The notes under the pieces are model-generated. The model did no database searches. It was not told the origin of the DNA and was given only the letters and a program-made list of their open reading frames with translations. A stretch of 24,000 nt of DNA from NCBI RefSeq assembly GCF_046267985.1, contig NZ_CP176530.1, forward strand, positions 478,881-502,880. Direction: 5' to 3'. Origin of the DNA: Pseudobdellovibrio sp. HCB154 (GTDB lineage Bacteria; Bdellovibrionota; Bdellovibrionia; Bdellovibrionales; Bdellovibrionaceae). Shown here piece by piece: positions 1-6,978 of the stretch; within the stretch, counting starts at the first letter, position 1; every line of letters begins with the position of its first letter. A program made the position numbers and the translations under genes.

Positions 1-562
1 TATCGCCAACGAAGTGACCCATTAAACCCATATTCACGATCATTGAGTAGAAATGTTTGTTAAATGGTAACTCGTCGTTTTGTTCTTCTTTGCTGTTTGC
101 TGGAGCTGGGTTCATCGCTACTTCTTCAGCGTCTTTTAAAGCTAAACGGTAAAACTGATCAGCTCTCCACCAGTTAGACCCGAAATCTTGTGGGATAGAT
201 TGAATGCGCGAATTGCGTTTATGCATGTTTTCTTTGCCCGTGTATTTTTCAACAATGGCTTTGTAATCAGTAGGAACATCTTTAATACCGATTCCTAAAA
301 TTTCTACATCGATAAAATGACCAGCGTCTCCGTGTTTGCGAGTGTCTGCAGATAATGATTTCCAGTAGATATCTGGAATATTGCACAGGTGACCCATCAC
401 ATGTTCTTTTTGTAATAAAAAATCTTTAAGTGGTTTGGCTTGCACAAGGTGAACAGCCGCTTCACAGATAGTGTGGTGGCCACGGTGACCCCACGCTAGC
501 GCGTTCTGTGCGCTGAACGCTAAACCCACAACAGTTAACGAAGAAAACAGTTTTAATGACAT
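1..562 (-). CDS. Secreted S1/P1-family nuclease (3' end runs off the window)
   Basis: Absent from the ORF track because it has no stop inside the window. The reverse complement from the ATG at 562 reads MSLKLFSSLTVVGLAFSAQNALA then WGHRGHHTICEAAV. That is a signal peptide followed by the N-terminal WG..GH zinc-ligand motif of S1/P1 nucleases. Further on come GDAGHFIDVE and, at the window edge, GLMGHFVGD (family motif L.H.vGD). A purine-rich AAGGG lies about 8 nt upstream of the ATG. Confidence 0.8.
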   Translation of the reverse strand, partial: MSLKLFSSLTVVGLAFSAQNALAWGHRGHHTICEAAVHLVQAKPLKDFLLQKEHVMGHLCNIPDIYWKSLSADTRKHGDAGHFIDVEILGIGIKDVPTDYKAIVEKYTGKENMHKRNSRIQSIPQDFGSNWWRADQFYRLALKDAEEVAMNPAPANSKEEQNDELPFNKHFYSMIVNMGLMGHFVGD

Positions 563-648
563 AAAAGGACCCTTTCCCTTATTTTTTCAGCAGCTAGTTT
601 GGCTTTCCTGTTAAGGGGCCATCAAGTTATTTTTTTATTAATGCTTAC

Positions 649-1434
649 GTGTTGCACAGAGCTGCGATTTCCCTTATAAAATCAAGCGTGGGCGACACTC
701 TAAACACTTTCACATTCAAACCCATTGGCTTTATTAAAAGCGCTTATCCCGATAAATTTGGCGTTCCTCGCCAATCGGGGCTTGTTAAACAAACAGTGTC
801 TGAACTTTCGATCTTACCTGAATGGCAGCCTGAGTTTGCCTTACAGGGTTTAGAAGAATATTCGCACGTGTGGGTGACGTGGGTATTTCACTTAAATACC
901 AACACGAAATATCATCCAAAAATTCACCCCCCACGTTTAAAAGGTGAAACGATTGGTGTGTTTGCCACACGTTCTCCGCACAGGCCAAATCCTTTAGGAT
1001 TATCGTTAGCCACTGTTGAAAAAATTGAAGGCGGAAAAATTTATCTCGGCGGACTAGACTTAGTTGATGGAACACCGATCTTAGATATCAAACCATATCT
1101 TCCGCAGTTTGAATCTTTACCATCGGCGCGTGGTGGCTGGGCTACAAAAGATGAAAACCAAGTGGCGACGATTGAAGTTTCTTTCAACGACGAAGCTCGT
1201 GTGATCTTAAATCATTGGATGGAGCGTTTAGATAATTCTAAATTAGAAGAAACCATTATTGATATTTTAAAACAAGATCCGCGTCCGGTAGTTTACCGTG
1301 GTTTTGAAGAATCGGGTAATTCTCCGTACCGCAGTGACCATGCGTTTCGTTTGTATGACGGAGATATTCATTTTCGTTTTACCGCGCCCACGAAGGCCGA
1401 AGTTTTTGCCATTAAATTTGTGAGTGAAAAATAA
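649..1434 (+). CDS. trmO: tRNA (t6A37) methyltransferase TrmO/TsaA (YaeB family)
   Basis: 261-aa ORF with the family motifs PIGFIKS..KFGVPRQSGL, VWVTWVFH, RSPHRPNPLGLS and GTPILDIKPY, plus the C-terminal extension seen in YaeB-type proteins. The GTG start at 649 has no clear SD, so the exact start is uncertain. Confidence 0.85.
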   Translation: MLHRAAISLIKSSVGDTLNTFTFKPIGFIKSAYPDKFGVPRQSGLVKQTVSELSILPEWQPEFALQGLEEYSHVWVTWVFHLNTNTKYHPKIHPPRLKGETIGVFATRSPHRPNPLGLSLATVEKIEGGKIYLGGLDLVDGTPILDIKPYLPQFESLPSARGGWATKDENQVATIEVSFNDEARVILNHWMERLDNSKLEETIIDILKQDPRPVVYRGFEESGNSPYRSDHAFRLYDGDIHFRFTAPTKAEVFAIKFVSEK

Positions 1435-1889
1435 TGACAGAACTTAACGAACAACATGACATTTTCGTTAAGCACTTAAAAAGATTTGATCTCGTTCTAT
1501 TGCATTACCGTTATAAATTTCAAAATTCGTTTTATGCTCACCCAGCGGCATTGCCTTTAGAGTCGATGTTTTATATTTATGCTCGTGCTGAAAAAAATTT
1601 AACGATTCAATTTAGTTTTATTATCAATCGCGTTCAGCAACGAAGAATCGAAATTGAATTTCGTATGAACGATGGCGAGATGGGGTTTTTCTTATTAAAC
1701 GAATACCAAAAACGCCATCAGTTAGAGCATAAAATAGAAACTGCATTTTCTGACAGTTGTGATTTTGAAGTCGCTATGGAAAAATTTTTCGCTGATTTAA
1801 AACTGGCGGTTGAGACGCATTTGAATGACCAAATCTCGGGGTTCACCTTCGAGCGCCATAATGATCTAGGTCTTGGAAAGCTGGATTAG
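1434..1889 (+). CDS. Hypothetical cytoplasmic protein, translationally coupled to trmO
   Basis: 151-aa ORF whose ATG shares one nucleotide with the trmO TAA stop (TAATG). It has no signal peptide or TM segment and no family motif I recognise. Confidence 0.6.
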   Translation: MTELNEQHDIFVKHLKRFDLVLLHYRYKFQNSFYAHPAALPLESMFYIYARAEKNLTIQFSFIINRVQQRRIEIEFRMNDGEMGFFLLNEYQKRHQLEHKIETAFSDSCDFEVAMEKFFADLKLAVETHLNDQISGFTFERHNDLGLGKLD

Positions 1890-2033
1890 AGCGGATTTAG
1901 CACTGTCTATTCCCTTTACAGTCCTGAAAAATCGCCAAAACTATGCTTAACACGTCGCCATTTTCTAGAGATTTTGCCTAATATATGGTTTATTGGTTTG
2001 GTTTGAAAATAACGCTAAGTAGGGGAGATTTGC

Positions 2034-3020
2034 ATGCAAACGCAAGACGCTGCTAAAAAAGAGACTCAATCAACGTTACGTAAAGTTCCAACATTAAGCC
2101 TTGGAAGTTACACGAAAGGCTCTGAAGCCGACAAAGTGAAGTTCATCGAACAGCTTTTCACAGGCATTAAAGATTACGGTTTTATCGTGTTAAAAGATCA
2201 CGATGTTGATCAAGATCTTCTTAAACAATCGTATCAAATCTTAGAGAAATTCTACGCGCTTCCAGATGCAAAAAAACGCTCTTACATTTCTGAAAAAGGC
2301 GGCGGTCAACGTGGTTACACGGCGTTTGGTACTGAGCACGCTAAAGGCGCTGAAGTAAAAGATTTAAAAGAATTCTGGCACGTGGGTCGTGAAGTTCCAG
2401 ACGATCACCAATTTTCTAAATACTATCCAAAAAATATTTGGCCAGATGACACGATTCCTGAATTCCGTCCGGTGTTTGAAAAGTTATTTTCTAAACTAGA
2501 AGAAGCCGGAATCCAAATGATGGAAGCCTTAACGTATCCATTAGAAGTTGAAAAAACTTATTTTAAAAACATGGTGCAAGAAGGTAACTCGATCTTACGT
2601 TTACTTCATTACCCGCCAATTCCAGAGGGCACTGATCCTCGTTGCATCCGTGCAGCGGCTCATGAAGATATTAACTTTATCACGATATTACCTGCAGCTA
2701 CGCAGTCAGGTCTTCAATTAAAAGACCGCGATGGCACTTGGTTAGATATCGAATCTGATTTCGGAACATTAATCGTTGATGCGGGTGATATGTTAGCGCG
2801 TTTAACGAATGAAGTGATTCCATCAACAACTCACCGAGTGATCAATCCACAAGATGGAACAAATCAGTCTCGTTACTCAATGCCTTTCTTCATGCATCCA
2901 CATCCAGAAAGTTTATTAAGCTGTTTACCATCATGCCGTGGTGCGGGCGCTAAATACCCAGACATCACAGGTCACGAATTTTTGATGCAAAGACTTCGTG
3001 AAATTGGTTTAATTAAATAG
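2034..3020 (+). CDS. 2-oxoglutarate/Fe(II)-dependent oxygenase (isopenicillin-N-synthase-like family)
   Basis: 328-aa ORF with a GGGGAG SD 6 nt upstream. The facial triad is readable as H-x-D in AAAHEDINFITIL plus a distal His in STTHRV, followed by RYS (2OG-binding Arg). The N-terminal DIOX_N-like region reads KDYGFIVLKDHDV. Confidence 0.85.
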   Translation: MQTQDAAKKETQSTLRKVPTLSLGSYTKGSEADKVKFIEQLFTGIKDYGFIVLKDHDVDQDLLKQSYQILEKFYALPDAKKRSYISEKGGGQRGYTAFGTEHAKGAEVKDLKEFWHVGREVPDDHQFSKYYPKNIWPDDTIPEFRPVFEKLFSKLEEAGIQMMEALTYPLEVEKTYFKNMVQEGNSILRLLHYPPIPEGTDPRCIRAAAHEDINFITILPAATQSGLQLKDRDGTWLDIESDFGTLIVDAGDMLARLTNEVIPSTTHRVINPQDGTNQSRYSMPFFMHPHPESLLSCLPSCRGAGAKYPDITGHEFLMQRLREIGLIK

Positions 3021-3074
3021 TCCGAGCAGCTTAACTCTCGCTGCCGGCAAAGTCTGGCCAGCGGAGAAGAAGCT

Positions 3075-3833
3075 ATGAGAAAAGATTTGTTACTAGGAAT
3101 TGGAGCCACGTTAATCGCGATGGCTCTTTTTTATTTTGCAGACCATCCCACTGAAGCTTTAAATATCAAAAAAAATAAAATCGACTCAGATTCTGATTAC
3201 AACGTTCCTACGACTAAGATTGTGAATGAAAGTGTTCCGGCTGAAGTCGCTCGCCCGGCCGTTTCAGCCTCGGCCGCTTTACAACCAGGAGCAGCGCGCG
3301 ACACGATTTCAAAAAACTTCGTCGAGCATTTAAAAACGATCGGCACCTGCTTAAAAGTCTCTACAGCGATTGATAATCCAACGATTGAGCCAACTTATGA
3401 TAATTTACTTGTCAGCTTACGCCCGGGCTTAGGTGAAGTTGTGGTGCAAATGGATGATTGGACTCAGTTAGATCTGCAAAACCCAGATGGCTCACGCAAA
3501 AGAATTCGTACGGAAGTGAACTACGAAAATCCAAACGCACCGGTTAAATACGCCCAGCTTTACAATATCAACGATCAGGGCTTTCCTGAATTACAGCAAG
3601 TGGACCCCGAGAAAGCTCGTAATCCTTCGGATGATTATATTAATTATTTACGTGGAGGAGCCAACTTGGTTTTAGATGAACGCGGAAGCCGCGCCTATTT
3701 CCAAGAGGGTGAAGAGGTCGTTCTTGTTGAACGTGCCGGTATTATCGAATCTTTCTCGATTACGAAGAACGGCAAAACTGTCAGCTGTACGGGACTAGAT
3801 AAAATCGATTCCAACTGCCAGTGCGTCGAATAG
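3075..3833 (+). CDS. Hypothetical exported or membrane-anchored protein
   Basis: 252-aa ORF with an N-terminal hydrophobic segment (LLLGIGATLIAMALFYF) and a Cys-containing C-terminus (SCTGLDKIDSNCQCVE). It lies 54 nt after the oxygenase gene. No recognisable family. Confidence 0.65.
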   Translation: MRKDLLLGIGATLIAMALFYFADHPTEALNIKKNKIDSDSDYNVPTTKIVNESVPAEVARPAVSASAALQPGAARDTISKNFVEHLKTIGTCLKVSTAIDNPTIEPTYDNLLVSLRPGLGEVVVQMDDWTQLDLQNPDGSRKRIRTEVNYENPNAPVKYAQLYNINDQGFPELQQVDPEKARNPSDDYINYLRGGANLVLDERGSRAYFQEGEEVVLVERAGIIESFSITKNGKTVSCTGLDKIDSNCQCVE

Positions 3834-3855
3834 TCATAACTACCGACGTAAACAC

Positions 3856-3875
3856 CGTGATCTTACGCGATCACG
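3856..3875. other. 7-bp perfect hairpin (CGTGATC-ttacgc-GATCACG) just after the 3075..3833 gene
   Basis: The inverted repeat is read directly from the sequence. No U-tract follows on either strand, so it is not a canonical intrinsic terminator. Confidence 0.3.
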
Positions 3876-3934
3876 ATGTGAGTTACGATAAGAGCAGCTA
3901 GTACAACCATTAATGACATATTTAAATTGTTCAT
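3863..3934 (-). CDS. Candidate 23-aa hydrophobic micro-protein (MNNLNMSLMVVLAALIVTHIVIA)
   Basis: Below the ORF-track size cutoff. ATG at 3934 and TAA at 3865-3863, with a GAAAGGGGAAAA SD-like element ending about 5 nt upstream. The peptide is essentially one TM helix. Coding status is unproven. Confidence 0.25.
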   Translation of the reverse strand: MNNLNMSLMVVLAALIVTHIVIA

Positions 3935-4047
3935 GGGATTTTCCCCTTTCTTGGGTGTATTCATAAAACGAAATTACCCCTATTTCCACTGTCATGATTC
4001 TGACAGGGATTAACTTCACGAAGTGACAAATATCGAAAAAAGTATGT

Positions 4048-4076
4048 CATCTGATTAGACGATCGCTGATCAGATG
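4048..4076. promoter_or_regulatory. 8-bp inverted repeat CATCTGAT-N13-ATCAGATG in the leader upstream of the 4156 gene
   Basis: Arms at 4048-4055 and 4069-4076 are perfect reverse complements. The spacer contains the CGATCG palindrome. The element lies about 80 nt upstream of the GTG start. It may be an operator or a 5'-UTR hairpin, and its function is unknown. Confidence 0.3.
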
Positions 4077-4155
4077 CCCGTAAAATTAAGCCTGTTCTGG
4101 CCAGTATTCTGCTGTAAACGTCATTAGCCCGTACCGGGTTTGGTGAGGACGTATT

Positions 4156-5712
4156 GTGAAAAAGCTTGGATTATACCTATTTTTAACGATTCTATTGCAG
4201 GCCATGACGGCTTCGGCTGATCTATGGACTGTCACTCAACAATGGACCCCAGAGCTTGAGGTGAAGTACTCGGAGTGGGTAAAAGCCAATGCGCGCGTAG
4301 ACATGTTCTCGCGTGAATTTTTAGATACGAAAAAGACGATTAAAAATCCTTACTTTGGAATGACCACTGACTGCGCGGATACAGTGTATGCGTTACGTGT
4401 GATTTTCTCTTTTGAAAATGGACTTCCTTGGGCGATTAAAAATCCAGCGAGCCCGACAAAATCAATCATCGCACAATCGATGAAACGTTTTGATAACTAC
4501 CCAGAAGGTCATCCACGCTTACGTGCTTTTTTTAATATGTTATTTGATATCGTTTCAACAACGAGCTTACAGCATGATACGTATCCGGTTTCTATTAATA
4601 ACATTCGCCCAGGTGTTATCATCTTAACGGCAAAAATTAACCACCACTCTTGGACAATTGCTGGTATCGATGCCAAAGGTAATCCCCGTTTAGTGTATAA
4701 CTCGGTTGTGGGTAAAGCTTCAGGTTCAAAATTACAACAGCGTTCAAGCTGGCCGAATCCTTTCTGGGTTTTTCAGCCCGATGAGAAATTAACGAATCCG
4801 GCAGATCCGTTATCAGCAAAAATTAAAGTTCCAACTTATGTTAATGATGGTTACGCTGGCTTTCGCTACTGGATTCCAACTGATAAATTACAAACTGATG
4901 CCCGCATGCTTTCTGAATACAGCAACGATCAATATCAGTTAGATTTAAAATCTTGGAAGCAAACGATTCAAACTAAATTAGCGACGAAAAAAGAATCGCT
5001 GCAAGAAATTGTTGAGCGTTTATTGAAAGATGCTTGTGATGATGTAAAACAACGTATTACGGCGATTGATGAAGCTGAACACTATAAAAAGCAATTAAAA
5101 ATCGCGATTGTTAAAGAAGCTGAATTAAATCAAAAGAAAATCAGTGCAAGTCCGTTGGCGCAAGAAGATGAAGATCTTTTAGATATTTTAAAAGGTTTCA
5201 GAGCTGAAGAAAAAGTTCTTCCGAATATACAGTGTTTGGTGGCGAAACAGTATGACCAGTTATCAACACCAAGCCGTGACCGCCGTTTATTTGATGCGGT
5301 GATGTTAGCACGTGCGTACTTCACGCACGGCATTCAGCACTTAGGAACAAAAGGTTTTAGCGATATTCGCTTAAAACAATTTAAGAGAATTTTTGCTCAC
5401 CCCGAATTATCAGCGCGTGCTGAATCTGATTTAGCAACAAAAGCTATTGCTCCAAGCGAATTATCAATTTGTCGCGTAAAAATTGGTAAAGAAACTTTAG
5501 ATATGGCTGAAATCAAGCGCCGTCTTTTCAAAAGCTATTTATCTTCAAACCCGAATGAAGATATTCTTGGCCGCTGGGGCGGACGTGAAGGTCAGGCTTC
5601 TGGCTTAGCACAAGTGTGTCCGACTTACGGCGAAGTTTATAACCCGTATGATTTAGACCAAGCTGAATCAGAAGCACAGAATGAAATCCAAACTTATAAA
5701 GGGATGAACTAA
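4156..5712 (+). CDS. Secreted protein: N-terminal NlpC/P60-like (papain-fold) Cys/His pattern plus a long helical C-terminal region
   Basis: 518-aa ORF with a GTG start and a GGTGAGGA SD 8 nt upstream. Signal peptide MKKLGLYLFLTILLQAMTASA. TDC(73)ADTVYALRVIFSFENGLPW followed by IRPGVIILTAKINHH(163/164)SWTIAG resembles the NlpC/P60 layout (catalytic Cys helix, then pGD-hydrophobic strand-H-hydrophobic-G). The function call is by eye only. Confidence 0.7.
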   Translation: MKKLGLYLFLTILLQAMTASADLWTVTQQWTPELEVKYSEWVKANARVDMFSREFLDTKKTIKNPYFGMTTDCADTVYALRVIFSFENGLPWAIKNPASPTKSIIAQSMKRFDNYPEGHPRLRAFFNMLFDIVSTTSLQHDTYPVSINNIRPGVIILTAKINHHSWTIAGIDAKGNPRLVYNSVVGKASGSKLQQRSSWPNPFWVFQPDEKLTNPADPLSAKIKVPTYVNDGYAGFRYWIPTDKLQTDARMLSEYSNDQYQLDLKSWKQTIQTKLATKKESLQEIVERLLKDACDDVKQRITAIDEAEHYKKQLKIAIVKEAELNQKKISASPLAQEDEDLLDILKGFRAEEKVLPNIQCLVAKQYDQLSTPSRDRRLFDAVMLARAYFTHGIQHLGTKGFSDIRLKQFKRIFAHPELSARAESDLATKAIAPSELSICRVKIGKETLDMAEIKRRLFKSYLSSNPNEDILGRWGGREGQASGLAQVCPTYGEVYNPYDLDQAESEAQNEIQTYKGMN

Positions 5713-5745
5713 GGTCCAGATTATTTAGTTACACTCTGGGTGTTG

Positions 5746-5778
5746 TCTCATGACTTCGCTAAACTAGAAGTCATGAGA
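5746..5778 (+). promoter_or_regulatory. 12-bp perfect inverted repeat (TCTCATGACTTC-N9-GAAGTCATGAGA) enclosing the start codon of the next gene
   Basis: Arms at 5746-5757 and 5767-5778 are exact reverse complements. The right arm contains the ATG at 5773. The element sits between the stop of the 4156..5712 gene and the signal-peptide start of the downstream gene. Confidence 0.5.
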
Positions 5779-6888
5779 AACTTAATCATTTTACTCGTAG
5801 GCTTGTTCGCGTCTTTAACTTCTCAAGCTGAAATCATCGAATTTAAATTGCAAACTGAAGACCAAGCCTGCAAAGGGTTGTCGCAAGTTGTGGTCAGCCA
5901 GGATAAAATGGTTTTGTATCATCTTGAAGTTCCGATGTATGGAACAGGGCAAGTGCATTTACTTACAGGCAACTATCAAATCGATGCGGTTAATAAAGAG
6001 GGCTGTGCGTTTCAAGATGTAATTCAGATTTCTGATCTGCCGAATAAATTAATTAACGTTAACTTAGCAAAGTCAGTTCGTAAAACAGCCTCAACAGACA
6101 TGGAAACTTCGATGGGCTATGCAAAGCCTGCGGTTTTTAATCCGATGTCTTATAACTTATGGCCGTCTCCTTGGTGGGGCGGTTGGGGATACCAACAGTT
6201 CAATCAAAATTTCTATAACCCGTGCGGATGGAGTATGTACGGCTGTGGTGGAAACTATTATCCACATGGTGGCAACATCGCCATGGGTAAGCCAAATATC
6301 TACTTAACCGGAAAAGACGAAGGTAAGTTTAAATTAAAATTTACAGGGAATAGTTTTAACTTCTTAGCGACAGTGCCGTCGTTTAAAGAAAAAGAAATCA
6401 CCGGCGAACTTCGTAAAGGTAGTATTTATTCTGATAATACTTGGTACCCGTATTTATTTTACGATGCGCGTGTGAGTGACGAACATTTTCAAAGCACGCA
6501 AGGTTTCTGCGGAACGAGAAAAGAAATTTTCAAATTCATGATGGAAGGCTTGGCTAAATACGAATTCCCGAATCAGGCGAGAACTGATTTTGCTGAGTAT
6601 TGGTCAGTGAAAATTCCCGAAGCTTTAAAATACTGTGTCTACCCGCAAGCCAGCGCACAGTTAGATAAAGTGGCACCATTAGAATTTACTTTTGATGATA
6701 AATCACAGATACAAACAGAAAGATTATTTTACCTGGTGATTCCGCAAGACTATAAAGGTAAGCGTATTCCCACAAAAGAACACCGTTTTTCAGATAAACC
6801 AAAAAATCAATGGAAGCACTATAGCCGTACAGTGGCTCCAAAAATGCCTTATCTCTACGAGTGGGGTGTGGGCTTTATGTTTGAATAG
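5773..6888 (+). CDS. Secreted hypothetical protein with an aromatic/Gly-rich segment
   Basis: The track ORF begins at GTG 5740. I prefer ATG 5773, which gives a canonical signal peptide MRNLIILLVGLFASLTSQA-EI. The protein contains WPSPWWGGWGYQQFNQNFYNPCGWSMYGCGGNYYPHGGN. It is followed by a strong terminator. No family recognised. Confidence 0.7.
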   Translation: MRNLIILLVGLFASLTSQAEIIEFKLQTEDQACKGLSQVVVSQDKMVLYHLEVPMYGTGQVHLLTGNYQIDAVNKEGCAFQDVIQISDLPNKLINVNLAKSVRKTASTDMETSMGYAKPAVFNPMSYNLWPSPWWGGWGYQQFNQNFYNPCGWSMYGCGGNYYPHGGNIAMGKPNIYLTGKDEGKFKLKFTGNSFNFLATVPSFKEKEITGELRKGSIYSDNTWYPYLFYDARVSDEHFQSTQGFCGTRKEIFKFMMEGLAKYEFPNQARTDFAEYWSVKIPEALKYCVYPQASAQLDKVAPLEFTFDDKSQIQTERLFYLVIPQDYKGKRIPTKEHRFSDKPKNQWKHYSRTVAPKMPYLYEWGVGFMFE

Positions 6889-6902
6889 TTCATTAAGTTA
6901 AA

Positions 6903-6940
6903 GAAATAAAAAAGGGACTTTTAAGTCCCTTTTTTATTTC
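6903..6940. terminator. Bidirectional rho-independent terminator (perfect 18-bp palindrome)
   Basis: GAAATAAAAAAGGGACTT-tt-AAGTCCCTTTTTTATTTC. A GGGACTT/AAGTCCC core is flanked by A6 on the left and T6 on the right. This gives a hairpin plus U-tract on both strands, between convergent genes (5773..6888 + and valS -). Confidence 0.85.
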
Positions 6941-6978
6941 TCATCTCGAATTTAAACGTAGCGAAAAAGGCCTGGCAC

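Noticed and set aside
3856-3875. Hairpin CGTGATC-ttacgc-GATCACG as the terminator of the 3075..3833 gene
   Set aside because: The stem is real but no U-tract follows on either strand, so calling it an intrinsic terminator is not supported. It is listed only as a structure.
5740-5772. GTG 5740 as the start of the 382-aa ORF
   Set aside because: It has no SD and adds 11 residues ahead of an otherwise canonical signal peptide that begins at ATG 5773. It is kept as an open alternative in the hairpin finding.
6119-6307. 62-aa plus-strand ORF in an alternative frame within the 5773..6888 gene
   Set aside because: It is an out-of-frame overlap with a longer ORF that has a signal peptide and terminator. 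It has no SD, and its composition reflects the Gly/Trp-rich codons of the main frame.
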